DNA of 64,000 nucleotides, taken from assembly GCA_951406725.2 (NCBI GenBank), contig OX597816.1, positions 28,396,001 through 28,460,000 of the forward strand. Direction: 5' to 3'. Source of the stretch: Octopus vulgaris (Eukaryota). The number at the start of each line of letters is the position of its first letter. Positions within the stretch are counted from its first letter, which is position 1. A program made the translations under genes and the position numbers. Shown here one piece after another: positions 14,554 to 28,222 of the stretch. The notes under the pieces were generated by a model. The model saw nothing but the letters and a program-made list of their open reading frames with translations. It did no database searches and had not been told where the DNA came from.

Positions 14554-15029
14554 CAAATCCTCCTTGCTGCAGTTACGATATTTCAAAGGACAATGATGTA
14601 ATTGAGACAGCTGACAACATAATCGAGACTGATGGTAAGGAAAATGACATTGACGAATTTGAAGTTGACGTTGATGAGATAAGAAGTGACGATAGGACTT
14701 AGCAGGAGGAAACCTCTATGAATAATGCAGTAATTTTTGTCTACTTTATACTGTATTGTACAACCTGTTAAATGTATATATTAATAGATGAGCATCGTCT
14801 GGATAATCTCGATACTTTTGATTTCCAGACCTGCATCACATTCACACTTAAAATTAGGCCACATCGTCACCTCTCTGCGAAATGCTGAAAACATTCGGCC
14901 AAATATTCATTCTTATTTCAGTTCATTGAACAATCAACAACGCATTGTTGGCAATTTTGAAAGAAATTCAGCCCTCAATCCGTGCATCTATCCATCAATT
15001 TATGCATCCATCTACCCATCATTTACGTG

Positions 15030-15225
15030 TTTCAGTAAGTTGACTTCATCCATGCTGCAGTGCCGCCTTCAATGGGTTTTTCGTCGAAGAAATCGCCCCC
15101 GGGACGTCTTCCTTATCAGCTTAGTACTTATTCTATCGGTCTCTAGTGCCGGACCGCTAAGGAACCGGGACCTAAACACACCAACATCTGTTGTCAAACG
15201 ATGTTGGGGAGACAAACAAACACAA
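15030..15225 (-). mobile_element. partial degraded SINE (3' half of family C)
   Basis: agtacttattctatcggtctc..ccgctaag..taaacacaccaacatc..gttgtcaa matches the 3' half of family C. Confidence 0.7.
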
Positions 15226-15319
15226 GTAAATATTCATGCACCAAGTTCTCTCAAACAAACATGCATACTCATGCATCTGTGTAATTATATGTATAAATAT
15301 ATATAATATTGTGTGAGTG

Positions 15320-15371
<52 letters not shown>

Positions 15372-15559
15372 AATACACGATATTCAGGTATACATATATA
15401 TGTATAAACGTACATGTCCTGCTGTTTAGAGTATTGAAAATAATATCACCAGATCGTGGCTTCGATTCTCAGAACAGCTGTGTGTTGTATTCTTGAGCAA
15501 AGCAATGTATTTAACGTTGCTCGAGGCAACTCATAAGAGAAAGGAATCCACTGATCTGC

Positions 15560-15590
<31 letters not shown>

Positions 15591-15939
15591 CATACATACA
15601 TACATACATATCATCCATCCATACATACATACATACACACATACATACATACAAATAAACAGACAGACAGTCAGACAGACGCACACGTACAGTTTTCGTT
15701 TCTAATATATGTATTTGTGTGATAATGTATTCTAGTCCAATTCTTTACTGTTCGTTTTAATCCAGGTACATGCAATTGTATGAATTAAAAGATTAATTTA
15801 CACGTGAAACGAGATTTGTTTGTAAATATAAATGCTAGTGGACACTTTACACAAGCTCTCAGTACGCATGTTGAACATAATAATGTTATTCATTGTGAAT
15901 TTAACAGAAACTTGATAACATATAGCAGAAAGCGCATGT

Positions 15940-16354
15940 GACGGCGAGCTGGCAGAACGGTCAGCACACCGGGTGAAATGATTTGTGGTATTTCGTCCGC
16001 CGCTGCGTTCTGAGTTCAAATTCCGCCGAGGTCGACTTTGCTTTTATCCTTTCGGGGTCGATAAATTAAGCACCAGCTTTGCACTTGGGTCGATATAATC
16101 AACTTAATCCGTTTGTCTGCTCTTGTGTGTCCCCTCTGTGTTTAGCCCCCTGTAGGTAGTAAAGAAATAGGTATTTCGTCTGTCTTTACGTTCTGAGTTT
16201 AAATTCCGCCAAGGTCGACTTTGCCTTTCATCCTTTTGTGGTCGATAAATTAAGTACCAGTTACGCACTGGGGTCGATGTAATCGACTTCATTCCTTTGT
16301 CTGTCCTTGTTTGTCTCCTCTATGTTTAGCCCCTTGTGAGCAATAAAAAATAAG
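15940..16354 (+). mobile_element. SINE family B, head plus two tandem bodies
   Basis: ggcgagctggcagaa head and B-box gagttcaaattcc. The central gtcgactttgcctttcatcctttcggggtcgataaa..agtaccag resembles the Meta/MESC SINE domain. The body repeats after the junction aagaaataggtatttcgtc (16162-16180). Confidence 0.9.
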
Positions 16355-16489
16355 AAAGTGCATATGAACATATTGCAGTTGAGTTTACTTGTTAAGTTGT
16401 GAAATTTCGAATTATTGCAGGTTTTGCGGTTCGTTGTTTTTCTGAAGTCATTAGAGTGTGGGGCAAAATACACTGCAGTGTTTACGTCT

Positions 16490-18788
16490 AGCATACTAAT
16501 ATATTCTGAATTTAGACAAGAGCAACTCTCGCTACATTTTTAATTCTTTTTGAGTCGAAATGTATATTCATTGACCTATATGGTACCGACTTAGCTCTCC
16601 CCGTTTGTAACTCTGTGACAAATTTAGCAATTGAGGCTGGAGGGTTTTTACCTTCATTTTTACCTTCGACGACTGGCTCAGGATGATGTTCATACCAGTA
16701 AGCAGGAGTGCCGATTTTGTAGTGTTTGCATATTTTCCAATGTAAATACTGTCCTAACCTACCGTGGCAATATTTGTCTTCGTCAAGAGTGTCGTAGATT
16801 GTGAATTTAGGGTCAGAATCATTTTGAAGAATGTTAAACTTGTAGTTTTTGATAAGCATGTTTTCATCTTTTGCCGCCATTATGAAATATTCAGTCTCTG
16901 CTTTCAATTCTGAGCTTCTCAGCCACTAATGGGTCGTTGCTTGGTCTACATCAGCATTTCGGCTTCGAAGTCTATGCTTCCCACAGAGAGGCTCCTGGAT
17001 CCACAGCTCCTCAATTTGTTTCTGTCAGTTCTCTTTTGATGTCTGTTTGATCCGTTTTGTCTTTACGTTGTAGTGGTTTCAGGTTCTTCATCTAATTCAG
17101 GATTAATACCAAGATTCCTTGCGAATTTGCAAGCTTCCTTGACAATAGAACATGAGTTTTTGCTCCTTTCCAGTTTGCACACAAGCCACTGGATAAGTAC
17201 TTGTTCATTGCTATTGTGGAGTCTTCTTCCCTCATTAACTCTAGGTAAGTACAGACGGTCAACGTCTCCTTTTTGTTTGTGCAGGTTCTTAGATGTTAGT
17301 AGCTTTCTTGTCTCCATGTCCAGGCGTTGGAGCTCTGTAAGTTTCCAGTTAATAATGTTAAGACTGTATTGGATAACTAGAAGTGTCCGGGTGTTAATGG
17401 CTTCGATGCGAATTTTGGGGTTGAGTTCAGTTTTTAGTACGAGTCGTATTCTCCTGTAATACTTTCGTATTTTCCCTTCATAGTAGCATGTTGTATACTA
17501 TCATCGTTTATCCCCAACTTTTTATAGCTTTCTTGTAGGTCAAGTCCCTTAATGATGGTCTCGGTATCTAAATTAATAGAAACTGTTTGCTTGAGATTGC
17601 CTGTTATAAAAATTGCTTTAGCACACTTACCAAGGCCAAAATTCATTTCCGATGTCATTGCTGAACTCTTTAACAGTTGTTAACAGCCCTACTAGCTATT
17701 CCTCATTTCTAGAAAACAGCTTCAGGTTGTCCATATAAAACAAAACAGATGATTTACTACAATATTATACAGTTTTAATCATACCCTGTGTTACTCAGTT
17801 CTTTTACGAGTCTGATTAGTGCCATGTAGTGGAGATAGGGAATCACCTTGAAAGATGCTTCGTTTGATGTTGATGTTGTTAAATTGGCTCATCCCATTAC
17901 AATGGTTTAGAAAGAGACGTGTATTCCACTTGGCCATACTACCGTGTAAGAAAATTGGAGACGACGTGAGAAATCTTGTATGTCTCAAGCTCCTTGAGTA
18001 GCCAATGATGTGGAACATTATGAGACGCTTTTCTGTAGTCTATCAGTGCCATACTCAGGTTCTTCTTGTTGCTCCGGCAAATCTTTACAATCATTTTATG
18101 TATGGGTAATTGATCTTTGTATCCATTGGAATTCCTTTTACAACCTCTTTGAGCTTGTGAAGGTTCTGTTCCAATTAAGTGTATATTCTTTCGGTTAGTA
18201 TGGATGTAAGATCTTGTAGGTGGTGTTGAGACATGTTATTGGTTGGTAATTCTTTGGATTTTTCGTGTCTTCAATGTTTGGTAGGATGTAAGGATCATGT
18301 AGGTGGTGTTGAGACATGTTATTGGTTGGTAATTCTTTGGATTTTTCGTGTCTTCAATTTTTGGTAGAAGGTGTATAGTTCCTCCGGTTAGTCAGGCAGG
18401 TATTTGCTCTGGGTGCTGGATGCAGCAAAATTTTGGTGTTCTTCCGTTAATAAGTTCAGACAGGGATCCTTCCCACTCCTGGGGTTTTTCATTTGTGAGA
18501 CTTTCTAAGAACACATCTTTGCTCTTCTGCTCTGCTCTTCAAATTCATACAGTCTCACTTTCTCACCTTCTATCAAGTGAGCTTAGGCATTATATTCTTT
18601 TATTGTTGCTCCATATCTTCTTCAAGAACTCTTTAATTTCCTCAGTCTTAGGCGGATCCTTTACTTCTATCTTGCTTATGCCAATTTCCCTATAAAACGT
18701 TTTTGCATCCGTCTTGAATACCTTGTTTTGTCGATAAAATTTGATTCTTTCGTCATAACTTCTTAGCCGTTTATATTTTTGCCTGAAT
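16490..18788 (-). pseudogene. 5'-truncated, decayed R4/Dong-type non-LTR retrotransposon (RT plus RLE region)
   Basis: Minus-strand motifs in order: RLRSY..FYRQNKVFKTDAKTFYREI, KRSIFQGDSLSP, FYMDNLKL, MNFGLGKCA, DVDRLYLPRVNEGR, KAETEYFIMAA, LGQYLHWKICKHY, WYEHHPEPV. Many stops and frameshifts. Confidence 0.9.
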
Positions 18789-19200
18789 ACAATTGCACCA
18801 TACGGAAAACCCGTGCTGCAACTGCCCATAACATCAATTGCAAGGAATGCAAGGCAGGAAAGGCAAGGACAGTAATGATTCTAAGGTATCCGAAAGATCA
18901 GAACATCCGATAAAATTCCCCCTCCCCCGCAAAGGTATGAACAGGGAGGAAATGGAAAGCGGAAGAGGCAGTAAACAATGCGATCGGAAAGCTAAGACAT
19001 ACCGATATAGTCGGAGTGATGCAAGAAGAAAGAGCCGGTCTAAGGTTGCACAACTTCAAGCCATTTTGCATGAGCAGTGTAAAAGCAATGAAAGGAGCAG
19101 TCGTACACAAACTGAGAAAGGAGGAAAAAGGACATAAAACCACGTCTTCAAAAAAAGTATACGAGAAAGAGAAAAGATGGAATAGATACTGGGAGCTGGC
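18786..19200 (+). pseudogene. fragment of HERO-type (R2-superfamily) non-LTR retrotransposon
   Basis: Translation LQLPITSI..ECKAGKARTVMIL..V*TGRKWKAEEAVNNA..LRHTDIVG..RAGL matches the post-RT region of HERO/NeSL-like elements. Confidence 0.75.
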
Positions 19201-20424
19201 AGTTTTTCATGCGATATAATCACATACTTTTTAGACATTGCAGCCTTTTGAATTATGTTACACACACTTGTATAGGACGAATTCATTATTTCAGTTATCG
19301 TTTCTTAATATATTTATGACGAGGAAATCGAGTAATCCACTAGATATTTCCTCATTGACATGGAGTGAAGTAGTTATTTCCCAATAATAATTTCTAGTGA
19401 CACCCCGTATGATCATATAGAAAATCATTTCACTTTGTACTGTGACAAGCTCTTAGATCATATTGTCATTGGTTATCTTGCAACAAGTGCCACTTATGTC
19501 ATAACCGTCATATTGCACAGTAAAGCCCTGGGTACATTATCTTGACATATCATTAGATCTCTATAATGGGGATGTTTTGACCTAGTTTGATATGAACTCA
19601 CTAGAATGCAGTAAAAGAAAGAGCTTTATAATCGGTAAATCGATCTGCTAAATTCCATCAAAATACACACTACTTTATTGGAAAGGAAGTTGGGATTTGG
19701 TATTCTAGTAATATGGAATTGTATATATTTAAGGAAAATAAGATTAGCTAGTGTTGGCAGGAATGTTGTGGAATATTTTCAGTCATTTTGACCTGCGCTT
19801 AAATATCAACGACAACCGCAAACATCTGAGTTCCCCAAAATATTTACCATTACAAGGACATGTTATTATTTAACATATTATTACAGTAAAATCGGATAAT
19901 TTATGTCTGTATATATCTTTCATTTATTCTATATCGAACGTTTTAGAAGATTCACGTTGCTGAGATAAATGCATTGATACCATGATGAATATTTTGATTC
20001 AACTATAGCTATGGCATAATTTGAGAATGTGGGTCTTCGCTCATATAACAATCGCTGAGAAATCACATCTGTTTTGGCCATTTGCTCAACTTTTAAACAT
20101 TAAAGATAATTATATGTATTTGATAATGAAAAGATTCGAATATTTCTTAATGTCTTATCTAAATATTTAAATATTTCCCCCATTCTTAAGGTATCTGTGA
20201 TTCATAGATTTCAATCTGACGCTGCGTTATATATCATTCATTTATTCTTTGCAACTATATTCGGAATCCTTTTAACTGCAGTATTTCAGCCATTAGACTG
20301 CAGCCATACTTGAAGAACTTTAGTCGAATGAATCGACCCAAGTGCTTGAGCAGTGGGATCAATGTAATCGACTCATCCCACCTCGAAAATTTGTAGCCTT
20401 GTCCCAAAATTTAAACATTACATT

Positions 20425-20467
<43 letters not shown>

Positions 20468-20522
20468 GCTGCTACTGCTGCTGCTACTGCCACTGCTACT
20501 GCTGCTGCGGCTGCTGCTGCTC
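20425..20522. repeat. (CTA)n grading into (CTG)n microsatellite
   Basis: Direct observation. Confidence 0.9.
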
Positions 20523-21426
20523 TTTACTGACTCGGAGTAGAGTCAATATCTTATCCATCTAAATATATCAATTTTTATTTTGGATTATATTTCAAACAGC
20601 GATTATTATTGAACAATTCAGAATAGCGCGGGAAGAAAGTATGTCAGTTACTTAATATTTTTCTTTATTTTTGCGTCTAGCTACAAGTTTGAACTAGCTT
20701 TTTAACAAGCTTCCCCACCATCTAAACTATTGTGAACAAAGCAAAAGTGCTACCAATAAATGTGAAAGCAGGAAATGCGAAAATATTTTTAAAAATCACT
20801 AATCGTCATCATCGTCAGCTGCAATTTTTTTCTGAATTATTTTTATGTGCAGTGTGAACTGCATCCTAAAATTATGCGTACAAGAAAAGTTTGGAATGAA
20901 ATATTCTTCCAATCTATCTATAAACATTGCTAATCGAATATAATATCAAAGCACTCTATAAATCAGGTTTGTTAACATTAAACATCTTTACATAAATATT
21001 TTTCTCAGGTCGTTTCTCTAATTTATTTTATAAGTGATGTTTGATCTCAAATTTTGTGACAAAATTTTATTTTTCATTTAGTCTTAAAAATTTTTTTTAT
21101 TTACTTTGTGTAGCGAAGCTCTCTCTTCTGTCACTCCTTCGCATAAAATCAAATTATAGCTCGTTACTGTACTTTATCATATTTTAACGTCTTAATTCAA
21201 CTCACCTCACTCCATAAAATAGTAAGTGTCAATCATTATTAAATAGAACCATGATATCTTGAATAATCAAAACTGAGATATAAATGAGTTTCCGAATTAG
21301 TCAATCTTTTCTTTATATTTTTTACATACTAAACGATAGAAAATTTTGAAGAACCAAATGAAGAGTCCTCTACGTTAATTCTCAGTCTACTAGAAGTAAC
21401 AATAGAGTCTCTTAATATTGCATCCA

Positions 21427-21841
21427 ACCTATTTCTTCACTACCCACAAGGGGCTAAACACAGAGAGGACAAACAAGGACAGACACAGGGATTAAGTTGA
21501 TTACATCGACCACAGTGCGTCACTGGTACGTAATTTATCGTTCCCGAAAGGATGAAAGGTAAAGTTGGCCCGGGTGGAATTTGTGCTTAGAATGTAAAGA
21601 TAGATGAAATACCTATTTCTTTACTACCCACAATGGGCTAAACACAGAGAGGACGAACAAGGACAGATAAACGGATTAAGTCGATTATATCGACCCCAGT
21701 GCGTAACTGGTACTTAATTTATTGACCCAGGAAGGATGAAAGGCAAAGTCGACCTCGGCGGTATTTGAGCTGAGAACGTAACGGCAGACGAAATACGGCT
21801 ACGCATTTCGCCCGGCGTGTTAACGTTTCTGCCAGCTCGCC
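21427..21841 (-). mobile_element. SINE family B, head plus two tandem bodies
   Basis: Reverse complement of the 15940-16354 structure. Junction gaaatacctatttct at 21606-21620. Confidence 0.9.
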
Positions 21842-22271
21842 ATCATACAAAAAGGAGACGCTGCTAATGCAGTTGACTGATTCATAAAAAATTGTGAAAC
21901 GATAATTGTGGAAATGATATTTATCGTTCAAATGTCTTTGAAGATATCCCTCTTTGGTCAGGAGAGATCTTGTGCAAAACAACAGCAACAATAAATATCG
22001 TAGATACAACGACAAATAACTTGTGTTGAAAGAGTGAAATTCATTACTTAGACGTGTATCTGTCTTAATTTCGAAAATGTGAATGGCAAATTTGACACCG
22101 AAACGATATGAAATCTGAATGCAAGAAAACACTTTACGTCACGATACTCTACCATAACAATGAAGCTGACTTACTCTGATTTCAAAGTAAACTATAATAG
22201 GTTGATGACATAGCTTTTTGTAGCCATCTTAAAGTTTTTGTAGCCATCTTAAAGTTTTGACGTGAATAGTA

Positions 22272-22680
22272 TACTCCTTTACTCTCTCTTTTACTTGTTT
22301 CAGTCTTTTGACTGCGGTCATGCTGGAGCACCACCTTTAATCGAGCAACTTGACTCCGGGACTTATTCTTTTGTAAGCCCAGTACTTATTCCATCTGTCT
22401 CTTTTGCCGAACCACTAAATAACAGGGACATAAACACACCAGCATCGGTTGTCAAGCAATGCTAGGGGGACAAACACAGACACACACACGCATATATATA
22501 TATATATACATATATACGACGGGCTTCTTTCATTTTCCATCTACCAAATCCACTCACAAGATTTTAATCGGCCCGAGGCTATAGTAAAAGACAATTGCCC
22601 AAGGTCCCACACAGTGGGACTGAACCCGGAACCATGTGGTTGGTAGACAGGCTACTTACCACACATCCACTCCTGCGCCT
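22272..22680 (-). mobile_element. CORE-type tRNA SINE (family C) with internal microsatellite
   Basis: Minus strand ggcgcaggagtgg..ggttccgggttcagtcccac..ccttgggcaa (CORE-like), internal (TA)/(TG) tract and a tail of aagagta repeats. Confidence 0.9.
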
Positions 22681-22793
22681 ATGGGACTCTTTAAATATTA
22701 ATGAAGCGAACACATGCACTGATGTTAAGCAACAGTGTTTATTACATACTTTCTGAAACGATTTACACAAGTATATACATATAACAGTACTTA

Positions 22794-22849
<56 letters not shown>

Positions 22850-23481
22850 TATGTGTGCACACAAATGTATGTGTGTATACGTTTGTATTCTGTTTGTATG
22901 GAATTGCGGTGTATTTATATAAGACAGAAATAATTTGTAACATCAATAACGCTACCTTACACAGTAATATATGATTTTGTTGGAATCTGCAAGATGGTGG
23001 TTATCACAGTTATTAGCTTCCGTTGAATTTATGCTTTCTCATTTCACTAGTAATAAGTGAAAGACAGGATATAATATTTTCAGATAAAATATTGTATTTC
23101 AAATATAATGCCACTGGGAAGTCATCAGATTCTCGCAAATGATATTAATTTCTAATTAACTGTCACGAAATGTGATTATGGGATTTTTCTAACATTTTTA
23201 AAGAGGTTATTTTATTTGCATATTGATGCCAAAATAAATAAATAATAGAAGTGCAGTGATATATGTAATAAAATGTCAAATATTTCGTATAGTAAATGTG
23301 ATTGTGCGTATGAAGGTACACCCTGACTTAACAACACGTGCTAAATATAATTAACGTAAACTAATTAGTATTTATGCTCTACCTAACAGCTCAGGAACCT
23401 TAAAATCTTTTTTATGTCTCAGCTGAATTGCCATTCCTATATTTTTATGCATCTTAGATTTAGCGATCACTAGCAGAATTT

Positions 23482-23990
23482 ATGCATACATACATACATA
23501 CATACATACATACATACACACATACATGCGTTCATACATCATACTTACATACATACAAACTTACATACATACAAACATACATACAAACAAACATACATAC
23601 ATACATACATACAAACATACATACATACACACATACATACGTTCATACACCATACCTACATACATACATACATACATACATACACAGATACATACGTTCA
23701 TTCATCATACCTACGTACTTACATACATACATGCAAACATACATACATACATACTAACATACATACATACATACACACGTGCATACGTTCATACATCATA
23801 CCTACGTACATACATACATACATACACACATACATACGTTCATACATCATACCTACGTACATACATACATACACACATACATACGTTCATACATACATAC
23901 ATACATACATACATACATACATACATACATACATACATACATACATACATACATACATACATACACACATACATACGTACATACATACTT
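23482..23990. repeat. (CATA)n microsatellite with higher-order variant units
   Basis: About 500 bp of CATA array with recurring catacgttcatacatcatacctac blocks. Confidence 0.95.
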
Positions 23991-24360
23991 ATATATATGT
24001 ATATATGTATCCGGTGAATTAGTGGTTAGGCAAAGATATTGGGGATTGAGATAGGTAAATGCATTGTATGATGGACATTACAAAACAAACTTTGGTGGTA
24101 ATTAGGCTGTTGATGTTTCTTTGTTTTATTCATAAGGAATACGTATGGGTGTCGTTGGCGTTGTGTTATTAGAATGCTTATGCATTAATGCTAAGTATAT
24201 GATACGCATCTATTTGGTTGATTAGTATGAATTATATAGGTACATGTACATACTAAGGTTGCGAGAATTTTAGGTAAGAATAATTTTCACGTTGTCGTTA
24301 ATTTTGAATATGTAATTACCATTCAAATCTTTATTTGAAGAATATTTTCGGAACGAAAGA

Positions 24361-24590
24361 AGGCGGCGAGCTGGCAGACACGTTAGCGCACCGGGCGAAA
24401 TACTTAGCGGTATTTCGTCTGTCGTTACGTTCTGAGTTCAAATTCCGCCGAGGTCGACTTTGCCTTTCATCCTTTCGGGGTCGATAGATAGAGTACCAGT
24501 TTCGCACTGGGGCCGATGTAATCGACTTAATCCCTTTGTCTGTCCTTGTTTGTCCCCTCTATGTTTAGCCCCTTGTGGGCAATAATGAAA
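24361..24590 (+). mobile_element. SINE family B monomer
   Basis: aggcggcgagctggcagacacgttagc..gagttcaaattcc..tttagccccttgtgggcaat. Confidence 0.9.
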
Positions 24591-24805
24591 CCTATTTTCG
24601 GAACGAATACTGTAAAGCATTATATTCTGAGGTTACACAAGACTTGTCATACTTGAATTATTCTCGAGGCCGATAAAATACAAAACCCGGTAGGCAAATG
24701 TAGATTAATGGAAGTGTTAGGTCGTTGATTAACAAACGCGATACTAATCGTTACGCATTATATCGGTGTTATGAAAGCACTCTTTACGTTAAATAACAGT
24801 TACAA

Positions 24806-24855
24806 AATCTGGCTGTGGCTAATACAAGATCGCTTGTATTAGCCACAGCCAGATT
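24806..24855. repeat. perfect 23-bp inverted repeat (hairpin, 4-nt loop)
   Basis: aatctggctgtggctaatacaag-atcg-cttgtattagccacagccagatt. Confidence 0.95.
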
Positions 24856-24989
24856 CACCGAAAGACATTTCCCTCGGCATCCTAGAATGGTGATATAACG
24901 TTACTTACATAGATATCTATCACCAACGTTTGAAACATCCAATTCATTGGTGGTTGTATTAAATTGTTGCCATGAATAGAAAATATTAT

Positions 24990-25280
24990 CGAACCACACC
25001 GATAAAGTGCGCAGCCAGAAATCTCAAGGTATCTCTAAATGCCTTAGTGAGGATATAACATGGGAAATTCACTGTATAATGTAATCGTCTAACAACGACT
25101 GGTTTTCAGTTCAGAACGAGAAAATCTGATACAGTACACAGTTAAAAGTAGACTTTTAAATAATTCCTGGCTGGGATGATTCATTGGCTGGGATGATTCG
25201 AGAAAAGGTCTCGAAAGTTTATACGAACAACTAAACTGGATACAGCGAGCAACTAAGCAGGAAGTACCATTTTCAAAATC
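24990..25280 (+). pseudogene. highly decayed CR1/L2-like RT remnant
   Basis: LSEDITWEIHC (cf. DLSW..HI) and LNWIQRATKQEVP (cf. LE.VQRRATK..P) in the expected order. Confidence 0.4.
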
Positions 25281-25766
25281 TGATAAATTTTTAATGAATG
25301 TGTATTCCATAACATTACTAATATTTGTGGGAATGTATGAAAACCACAGGTTAAATTATATTTTCCATATATAGAAGAACAAATCAGAAATATTTTGTTA
25401 TAATCACTGGATACTTTCAAATGATTTTCAGTGTCCTCCCAAAGTATAGTACTCTATTCTCACGCAATACATCTTCGTCTTTCTTTCATACTTCCCCATT
25501 CACCTTATTCCTTACTCCATTTCATCTTCCTCATCAATATATATATACATCATATATCCTTTTAACTCATCATTTCTACTATTATCACGCACACACAATC
25601 AACATTATATTCTACGTTTTTATCTCAAACCCAAATAATACTTTGTTTTCATCACTACATTATCTATTTAAATATTCGACACTGAAAAGCTATTGTTATT
25701 TCTAATTCATTCCCCAACAATACTTCTGGAATTATGTATATATTTATATGTATATCTATCTATCTA

Positions 25767-25846
<80 letters not shown>

Positions 25847-26019
25847 TGTACATATATATATATCTAAATATATGTAAGTGTGTATGTATATATATCCGTG
25901 TGTATATATATATATATGTATATATACACATGTATTTTAGCCCCTTGTGGGCAGTAAAGAAATATATATACACATGTATATATACAGATGTCAGTCTCTC
26001 ACCTTCTTTCTCTCTCTCT

Positions 26020-26455
26020 CTTTACTTTTACTCCTTACTCTTTTACCCGTTTCAGTCATCTGACTGTAGCCATGCTGGAGTACCGCCTTTAGTCGAGCAA
26101 ATCGACCCCAGGACTTATTGTTTGTAAGGATAGTACTTATTCTATCGGTATCTTTTGCCGAACCGCTAGTTTACGGGGACATAACACACCAGCATCGCTT
26201 GACAGCAAACATATACACAGACACACAGACACACACACACACACACGCGCGCGCACACACACGCGCGCGCACATATATATATATATATATACGATGGGTT
26301 TCTTTCAGTTTCGGTCTACCAAATCCACTCACAAGGCTTTGGTCGGCTCGAGGGTATAGTAGAAGACATTTCCCCAAGTTGCCACGCTGAGGGACTGAAC
26401 CCAGAACCATGTGGTTTTTAAGCAAGCTACTTACCACACAGCAACTCCTACGCCT
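26020..26455 (-). mobile_element. CORE-type SINE (family C)
   Basis: Collinear with 22272-22680. Internal (CA)/(CG)/(TA) tract. Confidence 0.9.
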
Positions 26456-26898
26456 AAATATATAAACATAGGAATGCTTACACACACATATATATATATA
26501 TATATAACTTTCAAAAATATCATTTGAATGAATTAAAAGTAACAATAGATTTAAAGTGAGGAATAGACAATTGAATGTTTATTGGTAAATACATATATAA
26601 CACTCACACATACACACACAAACACACACACACATACACATATATGTATATATATATCTAAATATAAATACATATATATATACATATATATATATATATA
26701 AATATACATGTACACACACATATATATATATAGTCACATATATATATATATACAAACACACATATATATATATATATACACACATACACACATAAGTGTA
26801 CAAATATAAATCTGTATGTATGTATAGATATATATGTATATATTTATATTTTTTTAATAAATATACATATATATAGATACGTGCATATATATACATAC

Positions 26899-26969
<71 letters not shown>

Positions 26970-27355
26970 CATGTTTATCAGACAGTGGATTGACATGAAT
27001 ATCTTTGCAAACAAAAATTGGATATAGATACACCCATACACACATAGACACAGACACACTTTCAACAATCTCTTTGACTCGATGATAATTATCTTGAGAC
27101 AAACACATTCCACATATATTTCAAGTATTTATCCTGCAAGATAATATATTTTGGTATTCAATAAAATAAAATTTCAAAGTGCTTTTTTTTTAATAAATAT
27201 TTACAAAAAACACAGTAATAGCTTAATTTATTTGTTTATTACACATGATTAACTATGAAAGGCTAACAAAAAGAAATATTTTATCTCAAGTTGTTCAATG
27301 TCTCTCAGAATTATGAATGGAAACTGGGTAAATAATATATATATATATATATATA

Positions 27356-27390
<35 letters not shown>

Positions 27391-27837
27391 CGGAACTAGT
27401 GCTGTTCATTTACGCATGAATGATGACATCCTTGATATATTATTTCGGAGTTCAATCAATTTTCAATTTTATAATTTCTAGACGTGAAAATATTAATAAA
27501 TAATATTTAATCACAATCAAAATCTTTCTGCATTAATACAGTTTAAAAAATGTTTATTCGTTTCATCGAGTGTCTTTTATTTGTTTAAGTTATTGGAGTG
27601 CGGTTATATTTACTGAAATGCCACCTTCCCTTCTTTATGATGATGATGTTAACATTTTAAATTATTTTCAGGAGAGCTGGAATTTAATAGGAGAGAAAAA
27701 CCAGCCGCGACCACACCATTGCATTGTGAGTCTTTGTACATGTTTAGTAATCTGAAACTGCTTGTGTCTTGGATGTGGTTAAATGTTGATGCACTTGACC
27801 CACAGAAGCCTGTTGCATATCCACCTCACTCTCTCTC

Positions 27838-28021
<184 letters not shown>

Positions 28022-28177
28022 TGGTAAAAACAGTAAGATGACAAAAGAGAGAAAGAGACTTCAATATTATGTAAATAGAGGAAATTTAAATAATGAAAAA
28101 AAATTAATGAATTATATTTAATCACAATCAGAGTTTTATCTTGGCTATTGAATAATTGTCACATATTACTTTACAGA

Positions 28178-28222
<45 letters not shown>

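Noticed and set aside
14788-15306. 172-aa ORF with a signal-peptide-like start
   Set aside because: Its second half is a degraded SINE read in antisense, and it has no recognisable motif.
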